The notes under the pieces: model-generated
The model's input: the letters and a program-made list of their open reading frames with translations, nothing else
What the model was told of the DNA's origin: nothing
Database searches by the model: none
Translations under genes and position numbers: made by a program
Part shown: one piece after another, positions 55,301 to 64,000 of the stretch
Numbering within the stretch: the first letter of the stretch is position 1
Layout: the number at the start of each line of letters is the position of its first letter
Assembly (NCBI RefSeq): GCF_964355755.1
Contig: NC_092680.1
Span: forward strand, 5,766,001 to 5,830,000
Length of the DNA stretch: 64,000 nt
DNA from: Antedon mediterranea
Taxonomy: Eukaryota > Animalia > Echinodermata
Reading direction: 5' to 3'

Positions 55301-55386
55301 GATCGACGCAACGCTCGCAAACATCCGCCACCCAGGGTAATAAGGGTACGTACGGTAATAAAGGAACGTATGGCTGGGGAAGCTAA
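40323..55386 (+). CDS. UBAP2: Ubiquitin-associated protein 2 / UBAP2L / lingerer ortholog, 1210 aa (1215 aa with the microexon)
   Basis: Phase-consistent coding exons: 40323-40442, 40567-40662, 41227-41337, 41845-42052, 42137-42280, 42502-42574, 43232-43350, 43703-43782, 44313-44464, 45148-45310, 45654-45755, 46318-46535, 47260-47404, 47907-48146, 48599-49090, 49547-49736, 50244-50332, 50897-50953, 51311-51467, 51710-51879, 51994-52093, 52627-52704, (53791-53805), 55058-55386. Hallmarks: QATPDQLRMAQM, UBA domain (IMDVTGKSEEAILSALYDC), RGG/RG region, IDLATLLGK, SKIPASAVEMPG..LDVQFG, PNLPPGMPPLL, KFGRTDASSP, FHGTPPPF. Confidence 0.93.
40977..41113. mobile_element. MITE M1 copy (intronic)
   Basis: M1 TIRs; further intronic copies at 42972-43111, 48204-48331, 50025-50159, 50727-50855, 52122-52261 and 53489-53730. 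Confidence 0.85.
41628..41721 (+). ncRNA. SNORD60: Box C/D snoRNA, SNORD60(U60)-like, copy 1
   Basis: Terminal stem CTTGTA/TACAAG, box C ATGATGA 41635, guide CTGACACCTC antisense to 28S GAGGUGUCAG, D' TTGA, box D CTGA 41712; intronic, sense strand. Confidence 0.8.
42738..42831 (+). ncRNA. SNORD60: Box C/D snoRNA, SNORD60-like, copy 2
   Basis: Box C 42745, guide TCTGACACCTC, box D 42822, terminal stem. Confidence 0.8.
43913..43970 (+). ncRNA. Possible minimal type-I hammerhead ribozyme (Penelope-like element remnant)
   Basis: CTGAGGA-C-[AATCAA agtata TTGATT]-GAAAC-GTC with palindromic ACGT stem III; weak bulged stem I; non-canonical stem II closing pair. Confidence 0.35.
44106..44199 (+). 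ncRNA. SNORD60: Box C/D snoRNA, SNORD60-like, copy 3
   Basis: Box C 44113, guide TCTGACACCTC, box D 44190, terminal stem. Confidence 0.8.
44687..44780 (+). ncRNA. SNORD60: Box C/D snoRNA, SNORD60-like, copy 4
   Basis: Box C 44694, box D 44771, terminal stem. Confidence 0.8.
44853..45111 (-). mobile_element. Deu-domain SINE copy (5'-truncated)
   Basis: Homologous to 12118-12362, with an A-rich tail (aataa) on the minus strand. Confidence 0.75.
45875..45968 (+). ncRNA. SNORD60: Box C/D snoRNA, SNORD60-like, copy 5
   Basis: Box C 45882, box D 45959, terminal stem. Confidence 0.8.
47086..47173 (+). ncRNA. Candidate box C/D snoRNA, target unassigned, copy 1
   Basis: Box C ATGATGA 47094, D' CTAA, C' TGAGGA, box D CTGA 47163, terminal stem atgct(t)aa/ttagcat; about 93 nt from the 3' splice site. 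Confidence 0.65.
48402..48477 (+). ncRNA. SNORD59: Box C/D snoRNA, SNORD59(U59/snR54)-like, copy 1
   Basis: Stem ACTCAA/TTGAGT, box C ATGATGT 48409, 12-nt guide ACTTTCGTTCTT + D' CTGA antisense to 18S AAGAACGAAAGU, C' TGAGGA, box D 48468. Confidence 0.85.
49745..49979 (-). mobile_element. Deu-domain SINE copy (internally deleted)
   Basis: tRNA-like head gccgagcagttaag...ggttcgaggctc; homologous to the other copies. Confidence 0.7.
50537..50623 (+). ncRNA. Candidate box C/D snoRNA, target unassigned, copy 2
   Basis: Near-identical to 47086-47173; box C 50545, box D 50612. Confidence 0.55.
50997..51083 (+). ncRNA. Candidate box C/D snoRNA, target unassigned
   Basis: Perfect 12-bp terminal stem CAGGTATGTTTG/CAAACATACCTG, box C ATGATGA 51010, D' CTGA 51035, C' TGATGA 51043, box D CTGA 51068. 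Confidence 0.8.
52401..52479 (+). ncRNA. SNORD59: Box C/D snoRNA, SNORD59-like, copy 2
   Basis: Stem ATCTCAA/TTGAGAT, box C 52409, guide ACTTTCGTTCTT-CTGA, box D 52469; diverged from copy 1 except in the boxes and guide. Confidence 0.85.
53791..53805 (+). other. Putative 15-nt frame-preserving UBAP2 microexon (adds VGRNS)
   Basis: tttttcacAG|TGGGAAGAAATTCAG|GTaatt, phase 1/1 like the flanking exons; TGCATG at 53764 and 53815, ACTAAC at 53833. Confidence 0.65.
54130..54250. mobile_element. Dispersed DNA-transposon end fragment
   Basis: Shared with 58524-58644 (tgctacacatttct...aaatttttccct[g]); CAGGG-type terminus. Confidence 0.5.
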
Positions 55387-56499
55387 ATTTGAAAATACCG
55401 ATTAATTTCGGCATTGTTTAGAATGCTTGTATAAAATGTGGTTCTTGGCCAGAGAGAACTCTTATTATTTGCTAGATTTTCACCCCTCTTTGTACAAATG
55501 TAGTATACAGAAAAGCAGTTGTGCCTATGCTTCTTACAAATTCATGGCTTCTCGGATGTTTTTTTTTTGTATGTATGTAGTTTTTCAAAAATTAGTGTGT
55601 TTATATGTAAGTGGATTTTGTAACAGAATTAAAAATGTCTTCATAAATATTAAGAAAGTTTTTACGCAAAATACGCAAGAAAAAAAAATTTTAGGCGTGG
55701 TTAATGTCTCCCAGGAGACATACAATTTGTGATATTTTGTGTGTAAAATTTGGTTCAAAAAGTTTTAATTTAAGATATTGAAAACATCGTGTACATATTT
55801 TAAAGCTAAAGAAACAACAGATTTCTAGAGAATTTGCATATAAGGTCACAGAGGTTATAATACTGCTGTGCACAGCAATGTTGAGTGTGGTCTGAAATAG
55901 TAGTATTAAAATTGATGTATCTGTTTCAATGTTTAAAATACAGCCATTTCAAATCTAAAATAGGAGTTTTAACTGCACACCACTAATATGTCAAGTAAAA
56001 AAAAATCATTTTGGGCATGCTCGTGTTTCTGGGCATGGGCAGAATTACTTTTTTTTACTCGACAATCAACTGGCACACATCATGAAATCGAAAACTCCCT
56101 ATTATTGAGTATGGAGAATACACACTTGCATGAAAATATGTATTAAACTGTAATTTTAAAAGTATACAATAAATTATAACAAATCAGATGACACATTTAA
56201 ATATAATTGTTTTATTTATGGTGTTCTAAAAGACTTTAAAACCTGATAGAACACAAATTTCTCATATATTTTTTTCTTTCAAAACAATTTGTGAGTAAGG
56301 TGCTAATGATTATTCATAGCCTGAATGAATGATTTAGATATAATTATGCATTTTAAGTCCTTTTTTTCCTCTCTACTTACGATTCTATCATTGCGAGCAA
56401 TTCTATAGTCTGTCTTACACTTATAAAAATCTAACCAAGCTCATTAAGGTCGCAGGTAAAGATTGGAATGATATAAGAGATGGTAACAAGCATATGTAC

Positions 56500-56925
56500 T
56501 GTATAATAACACCTGAAATAATAGCTAAACCCACCTGTGTTTTTAACGCATGTTTTGAATTGACACCTGTATATATTCATCACCTGTGTAATAACACCTG
56601 GAATAATAGCTAAAGACGCCTGTGTTTTTACCACATGTTTTGAATTGACACCTGTATATATTCGTCACATGTGTAATAACACCTGAAACAATAGCTTATG
56701 ACACCTGTGTTTTCACTACATGTTTTGAATTAACACCTGTATATTCATCACATGTGTAATAACACCTGGAACAATAGCTGACAACACCTGTGTTTTAAAT
56801 TGACACCTGTATTTTCGTCACATTATGTAATAACACCTTGAACAATAGCTGATAACACCTATGTTTTTTCACTACATGTTTTGAACTAACATCTGTATAT
56901 GCATCACATGTGTATTTCATCTGGA
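56500..56925. repeat. About 85-bp tandem repeat, 5 copies, rich in CACCTG/CACATG
   Basis: Unit starts (aataacacct) at 56505, 56590, 56675, 56758 and 56829. Confidence 0.9.
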
Positions 56926-58860
56926 AATATTATTGATCACAAGTTTGGTAAATGACACTTGGCAATCCACTTTCTTTATTTTTATTGCATGCATTTTTGT
57001 AGAAAGCTGTAATTTATTGTTTCAAAAGTTAATTTATTTGGTGTTTGATAAATACTGTAAAGCCCTCTTGTCATGCAATAAAATAACTAAAAAACATTTT
57101 TTCAAATTCATTTTTTAATGTACTGTACAATTAAACTACATCAGTGTTATAAATAATGTAGTTTATATTTATTTGATTCGACTTTATCGACACAGATCAA
57201 TTTTAATGATAAATTCCATATGTTTTAACTCATGTTCTGTATAAACAATTTCTGTTTGAAAAAATACCAAATATAGTAATTATTATAACCATATTTGGTA
57301 TTTATAAAATGTCCTCTTGCCTATGTGAAATATAGATAAGTATTTAGACCAAGAAGTGGCATTGTGTTGCATGATCATAAGCAGTTTGGAAACTCGTTTA
57401 ATTAGTGTGTGTGTTTGTAATTGCCGCCTATGGAATGTAACAGAGATGTGCACAGTATTTAATTGAGATTTTCTTCGAATTCAGTGACATCATTATGACG
57501 TCATTCATTGCTTATAGATTATCGATCAGTTTTTGTGATTATGTGTAAGACTAGCATTTTAAGAGAAAACCATACAAATATCAGGTCTTGTATCTTCACT
57601 TTGTCATCTGTGTAAATTATCTTATTTGCATATATGTAAATTATCCTTGAATTTCAAGCATCCATCATGAGATGTGCAGTTTTTGTTATTCAATCTGTAT
57701 TTATTTCTTTAACATGACTTAATATACTATTTGAAGAGAATAAAACAGGATCTTTAATGATAGTTTGTCCAAGAAAGAAATTGTCTGTTTCTTTGGTATA
57801 CAGTCTTCTTCTTTTCTTCGCGGTTGGATTTACTGCTTGCTGTCCTCCTCCCTCTGTGTACGTGTCTTGTGTGCAGCGCATATGTACCATAAAAGCGCGT
57901 ATTAGTATTATACTGCTAGCTGGGGGGGGGGGGGGAGGAAAGAAAGAAAGAACTCATTGTCGTCGGTCTTTTGCACGTGTCATTTTGATGAGACTACTGG
58001 CTCTCTCTTCTTCTCTTCTCAGCTCCATCGTCGGCGGTGGTTCATCATTTTTTCAAGTAATAGAGTTTTGGTATGTTATTTTTTTAACAATTTTGTAAAA
58101 GGACTACGTTTTATGATGGACAGCAATACACGACTGCGTTTAAATTCAATGAATTTCTTTCTAATTTTAATTCTGACTTGTTCATTCAGATGGCTTTTTT
58201 AGGAGGCTGGGAGAAGCCTTGAGCTACGCGCTGCCTGTCAGATCAGACGAGGCATCATATGCATGCAACACACAGGCAGCAGAGGGGATGATGTGTGTGT
58301 CGTGTGGTGGGCGGTGTATACATCATCATATTGTATTTCCATCATGTGTGTGTCCGTCCGTCCCTCCGGCCCGGTTGCGAATTTTATATTCCTCCACCCA
58401 CGTCTCGACTTGTACTGAAATAAGTCTGGGGGACTACCTAGCCTAGTAGGCCTAGTAGTTGCATGTAATAATTTCGCCAGTGTAGCATAGCAAAAAGCTA
58501 TACAAACAAAACAACCTTATTGCTGCTACACATTTCTAAAATTGTGTAGCAAAAAAGGCAATACAAAACTATGTTTCTCGACTAAAAAATCAGTTTGATT
58601 AGCAATAATTGCTAAACAAAATTTTAAAATGAAATTTTTCCCTGAGTGGTAGGACTAATATTATTATTGAAAATATAAAGTCTGGCTAGGTAGGGCTAGG
58701 CCTAATTTAATAATAAAATAATTAGGCTAGGCCCATTTATTTTTCCTCTCTTTCAGTCAGAAGTTAGAATATCGCATCAGAAGTTTGATCGACTCTACAT
58801 ACAGTACAGAACACAAGAATAATTTTTTATTTATTAAAAAAAATCTAGCTTTCAAAAAAG

Positions 58861-59249
58861 ATGAGGTTGATTCTGATACTTTTGTTTTTAGTCACAATGT
58901 TTACAAGGATCAATGCACAAGGTAAGAATTAATGATTTGTGTCTCTTTCTTATCTTATAATTTATATAAGTTGCATTGCATTGTTGCATTCATTTGTTAC
59001 TACTACAGTATTATAGGCCTATTATATTTTGTGTTTTTTTTAGCTGAACCTGAAGCAACGGAAACAGGTGTCACAGCGGTCACTGAACTTGAGCCTGAAG
59101 GGGAACCAGAGCCTGAAGAGGAACCAGAGCCTGAAGAGGAACCAGAGTATGTATCTCCAACCACAGGTTTCGCAACTACTCTTAATGCATCTTCGTGGCA
59201 GATACTACTGCTCTCTACGCTTTTTGTACAGAAGATGGTGCACTTTTAG
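58861..59249 (+). CDS. Small secreted acidic Glu/Pro/Thr-rich protein, probably GPI-anchored (88 aa)
   Basis: Exon 58861-58921 encodes a signal peptide MRLILILLFLVTMFTRINAQ (donor G|GTAAGA) and joins in phase to exon 59044-59249: AEPEATETGVTAVTELEPEGEPEPEEEPEPEEEPEYVSPTTGFATTLNASSWQILLLSTLFVQKMVHF*. Confidence 0.7.
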
Positions 59250-60189
59250 AGCCCTACCCATTGAGACATCATTTCCTAATTGCACTGTGATTCGTGAGGT
59301 TATACCATTTCAACTGAAGATGTCACTGTTGTATACATAATATTTCATATTCCCTTATCTTGTTAACCAGTTGAACCAGGCAACACAACTGTGTATATGT
59401 AAACCAATGTAATTGTGCATTTGAACAGTTAAAATACTCGCTTCTTGTGCAGAGAGATTTGTATTGTTATATAGACTGACATTTGTCATGACTTTTACCA
59501 AAACAAAACAATAGAACATTTGCACTATTGTTGAACACAGATCATTGTTTTCAAAATGATAAATCAACTGTGATGATCTAATAAATATGTTTTCTTGTTA
59601 TGAATGAGTAATAATAATTGTGAATAAATCGTTGAGTTTTAATTAAATCGTATTAGGCCTACTGAATATGTTTAAAAATTAACGTCAAATCTAAAAAGAA
59701 CCACTCTCTCTGTCACTAAAACCTAGTCTACACTGGCGAAGTTACTTTGAAATTTGCAAGGAAAGTTAGGCTGCCTTGACATAATTCTGAGATTTTGGAA
59801 CCGTCAACAAATTATCAAATAACTACTTGGCGAACCTACAAGGGGACAAATTCGACAGCTTCCGGAAACAGAGACCGTAGTTTTTCAATAAAAGTTTGGT
59901 AACGTTTTACTAGTGTAGATTAAAGGCCAACCAGGCCAACTCAGACAGCATCGTACGACGGGGCCGGACGAAATGTCTTGACTCGTCGGTGCTGGCGGGC
60001 GTAGTTTTTATGTCGAGGGAAGTACTTTAAACATGTTTAATTTTCTCGACAACGACTCGTCGTACAACGCTGTCTGAGCTTGCCATTTATACATACCTAC
60101 GGTACTCGAAAGACGTGATTAATAATATTGAACATTTTATTCAATACAAATTTCAAATGTTAACCGGCGTTTAAACCAAATGCGTTGGC

Positions 60190-62823
60190 TCATGGTAATT
60201 TATGCAACGTCACTGAACAACAAGCCATTCCCGTGTAAGCTTTTGGAAAGTTGGGAAGTTCTAACCAATCATCTTTCTTCACGTCATAACACTCCACAGA
60301 ATCTAACCACTTCTCTGAATCCCAGCTGTATCCTCCAAGAATGTATATTCGATTCTTAACAACACATCCAGACGCTTCTGCCCGTGGGGTCGGGAGGTGA
60401 GTGACTGACATGGTCCATGTATCTGTAGCCGGATGGTATTTGTCAACCGCAGACATACAGTGTAAGTGGCCTTGGGTGTCCACAGTGGCTCCACCGATTA
60501 AGTACATAAAATGTCCGACAGGAAGTAGCATGGCAAAGAATCGCGAAGACGCAAGTGGAGACATCAACATCCATCGGTTACTGGTGCAATCAAACCTTTC
60601 TACTTTATTTGATAACTTTAGATTTCCTAAAGAAAAAAAACCAATGTTAAGAAAGCAGAAGTTTTAGAAAAAAAACCCGATATGACGGTATGGCCTACCA
60701 CGGCGATCAATGTTCCGAATGACTGCACTACTGTAGGCCTAATGTCATTTTAAAATTATGATTGCGTCAACCCTAACCTGAACCTCCAATTGCAAATATC
60801 CACTTAGAATGTGACTGGACAGCAATGCATCGTCTTGGTGAGCTCAATGATGCTACTGCCTCCCACTCATCAGATAGTGGATTGTAACGTTCGACATCCG
60901 CTAAAGATACACTATCGTTTACTCGCCCACCTATGGATTATCATACAAAAAAAGCAATTACTAATTCGATTCAATTATTAATATCATTTCGATTCTTTTG
61001 GTATTTGGATCATCGATTCTCATGAATTTTTTCGCCTAATGTTAAAATAGGATCAATAAGTAGAGGTTATAGTATAGTCTTACCAACAGCATAAATCTTC
61101 CCATCCAATACGCCCACTTGGAAGCTTTCACGAGCTCGTTTCATGTCTGCAATTTGGATCCAGGAATCCGTACGCGGATCATAACGAAATGCCGTTTTGA
61201 GTGGCACATCTTGTTTGTTAGTTGTCTCTCGGCCACCGATTATGTACAGGAAACCACCAAGATTTACCACTTAGCAGAGAAGAAATTTGTATTTTATACA
61301 GTATAAACTATAATTAGTACTCTTATGTTATAAAAAAATGAATATATTTAGATTCTGGCAAACTTTTGTTTGCAAACTCGAGCAAAGAAAATGTTTCTGA
61401 AGTTTGCTAAAGTTGCCAAAGCTTTTGATAGTCAATACTCTATACTCTGAAAACTTGAGTTTGAAAACTGATAATAATGATAATAATAATGTAAACAAAA
61501 GAGCTGCATCGATTGTGAAAGTTAGAGGGCATAGATTACAAGAGGAAGTAGAGATTGATATGTATTAAATGAGAGACTGTATGAAATTAAAAAATAATTT
61601 CCTTGCGACCTACCAGCATGATGATGCCTTGGCTGTATCATTTCTGTCAACGCACTCCAATTTTGTGTAATTGAATTAAAATAATGTATTGTCTGACACA
61701 CTGGCTCGTTGGCCAGTCTTGGATGGCCACCAACTGCCACAACCGTCGGAATCTTTAGCATCGACCTTGGAGCTGTTCTTGGAGACTGCAGAATACTCTG
61801 TCGAAGAGGAAGACAATGATAGTGCAGTGCTTCTTTCAAAAGTTCTTCGCATAGTGGAAACCTCAAAATCTTTGGTTCCACATGGTCAACCAAATCTGGC
61901 GGTTTGATCATAGGCAGACGAACATTCTCAAGTAAATTAAGTGCGTACTTCAGACGCGTATCATCCACATTAATCCATGACATAACAGCTTCAAACACCT
62001 GTAACTCACTATCCACAATAAGATCGTCTCTTGATATTAATAGCAACAGAGACTTGTAAGGAAGGAAATTGAAATCTTCACTTTTAGTTACAAATAAAAA
62101 GTTAGTAGCGATGACTTTACAAGCCGCTTCTTCGATATCTGGCATATTTTCAAAGTTTGAAATTAACGACAGTGTTTTCAAACAAGTTTCACGACACAAG
62201 TTGTCGTTCAGGTAATGACAACATATTTCAATCGCCAAGTTTATCTTTAGGTAATCTGCGGCTTTTAACAGTTCTTCGACATTGTTGAAGCTAACGTGGA
62301 GTTTAGTCGTGTAAATGAATTCAAGGAGCACACTTAACGTCTCATACTCAATGCCATGTAGACTATACTCAAACAACTCATCTTCGGAATCTTTTGTAAA
62401 CATTTGGCGGAAGAAATCACTGCAAGCAGACAATACCAACTTGTGCGCGCCAATTTTCTTTATATCTACAGCAAGTACTACGTCGTTGAGTTGCTTTTCT
62501 TTCCATAACTCAGCCATCACGTGAAGAACTGCAGATGCTTGACTACACTCGCAGGAATGTTTGCTTTGTGCTGCAGTCGCTTTGTCTGGCCATTCGTCTT
62601 TCCAGTGATGTATGCCATTGTGGTAAATTCGTGGTCTGTATTTACTGCTTTCCTCGTGAGAACAGGTGGCCACGCCATGTCGACTTACAGCTGTAAGTGT
62701 ATTTCCCGGACCTGTACCGGTACCAGTTGTTAAGGCTAGCAGGCCTCTTTTTGTCGAATAACGAGGTGCTCTGTCACTGATGAAACTTTTTTGGCTTAAA
62801 TGTTGATTGTTTGATAAATTCAT
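60190..62823 (-). CDS. Kelch-like protein (BTB-BACK-kelch; possibly the KLHL26/36/9/13-like group), 661 aa
   Basis: Exons 62823-61614, 61269-61084, 60930-60778 and 60626-60190, all phase-1 GT-AG. BTB (LNDVVLAVDIKKIGAHKLVLSACSDFF), BACK (SELQVFEAVMSWI..NVRLP) and canonical kelch repeats (LYIIGG..RYDPRTDSW, IYAVGGR..VERYNPLSDEW, IYILGGY..VECYD). Confidence 0.93.
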
Positions 62824-63336
62824 TTTACCATCATTGCGTTAGACATTTTATTAATACTGATAACTTAATCCAGGTTAAGTATCTTTAGTTCGCGCGCATT
62901 TGTTTCAGGGATGTTGTCATGGGGCTCGAGCGTACTGCAACTAATGGCGCAATACGCGCATTATAAAAACAATTCCAAACCTGATAACGTTGACAGGCTT
63001 CTGTTTCTGTTTACAACATTTTTAATACATCTGCTGCAGAAGTGTACTGCTTTACGATTTATGTTATATTTTACAAAAATTCTAGACATGGTGAGTGGCC
63101 AGAATCCACCTCATCCTATCCAATCCCCTCCACCATCAAGAACCACCACCACCAACACCACACCACCAAGTTAAGTTAAGCACGCCCTAAAAAAAGTTTT
63201 AGCTAAAATGTATATAGAGGGCGCTATATAGATTCTGGATTGATTTTTGATGCCCTGGCTACCTGATGCTTTTTCTCTGACTTAACCTCCTTGGCCTGGC
63301 CTTTTAGTAGAAAAATAGGCTAGCTTATATGTAATA

Positions 63337-63406
63337 ATGAGTGACTCTTCCGGTTTACCTCCTGATCTCTTTGATCGACTAACCCTGAGTGTAGTTAAAT
63401 CATTAG
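63337..63406 (+). CDS. Possible first coding exon of a divergently transcribed downstream gene
   Basis: ATG..MSDSSGLPPDLFDRLTLSVVKSL followed by donor G|GTAGGC, about 500 bp from the kelch gene start; no recognisable homology. Confidence 0.2.
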
Positions 63407-63429
63407 GTAGGCTAAATATAAATATCTAC

Positions 63430-63700
63430 TACTAGTCTAGTAGTACTAGCTAGGCTAGAGGGCCTACTAATCCGTCCCATACTACCTAGGCCTAGCTAGC
63501 CTAGGCCTACTACTAGGCTAGGGCTCCTCTATATATATAAGCTAGGACTAGGAGGGCCTATTTAGCTAAGCCTAGGCCTATATGCTAGGCCTAGCTACTG
63601 GGCCCACACAACAGACAATACATACTGTTTTATCCCACCTAGCTAGGCCTACCAAAAACACCTAGCTAGGCCTAGGCCTAGCTACTTCTAGCTAGGTAGA
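63430..63700. repeat. Low-complexity palindromic CTAG/AGGCCT-rich tract
   Basis: Dense ctaggcctagctag motifs. Confidence 0.7.
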
Positions 63701-64000
63701 GGTTTAGATAGCGTAGATAGAGGTGCCTGTTTTAGAGAAGGCAAAAGAAGAGGAGAAGTAGTACATTATTAGTCATTATGACAGTACTGTATTTATTTAT
63801 CATACATATTTTCACAATGAAAAGAACATACCAATTTTAAACTTTTTAAACTTGTTATTTTTAAAATTGAAATGCATTGAATAAGAAATGAAATTATATT
63901 ATATAAAATAATAATAAATTATTTAATTATAATAATATTTAATAATCATGACTTTTAAATTTAGAAATGGCGAAAATGTGTCTAGGCTTAGCGCATCCCA

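Noticed and set aside
57690-58446. Overlapping 66-113-aa ORFs
   Set aside because: Low-complexity, TE-like sequence without domain features or a supporting splice pattern.

Overview
AT-rich animal genomic DNA with spliceosomal GT-AG introns. Deu-domain-like SINEs and the protein similarities suggest an invertebrate deuterostome, possibly an echinoderm (inference only). From left to right: (1) a 9.5-kb stack of eight non-autonomous Helentron/Helitron-like units, then a 34/40-bp minisatellite, probably inside a >19-kb intron of cytosolic threonyl-tRNA synthetase, whose last two exons lie at 19265-20305; (2) a nest of Harbinger-type MITEs at 21.8-24.2 kb; (3) a divergent BTB-BACK/kelch-like gene whose separate first coding exon adds an N-myristoylation motif; (4) a complete UBAP2/lingerer gene (about 1210 aa) hosting ten candidate box C/D snoRNAs in ten different introns (5 SNORD60-like, 2 SNORD59-like, 3 with no assigned target), plus a 15-nt microexon flanked by RBFOX/QKI motifs and a possible Penelope-type hammerhead ribozyme; (5) an 88-aa secreted, probably GPI-anchored acidic protein that the ORF track captures only partly; (6) a 4-exon kelch-like gene on the minus strand. 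Most short ORFs in the track are spurious. Family assignments come from remembered reference sequences, not from database searches.
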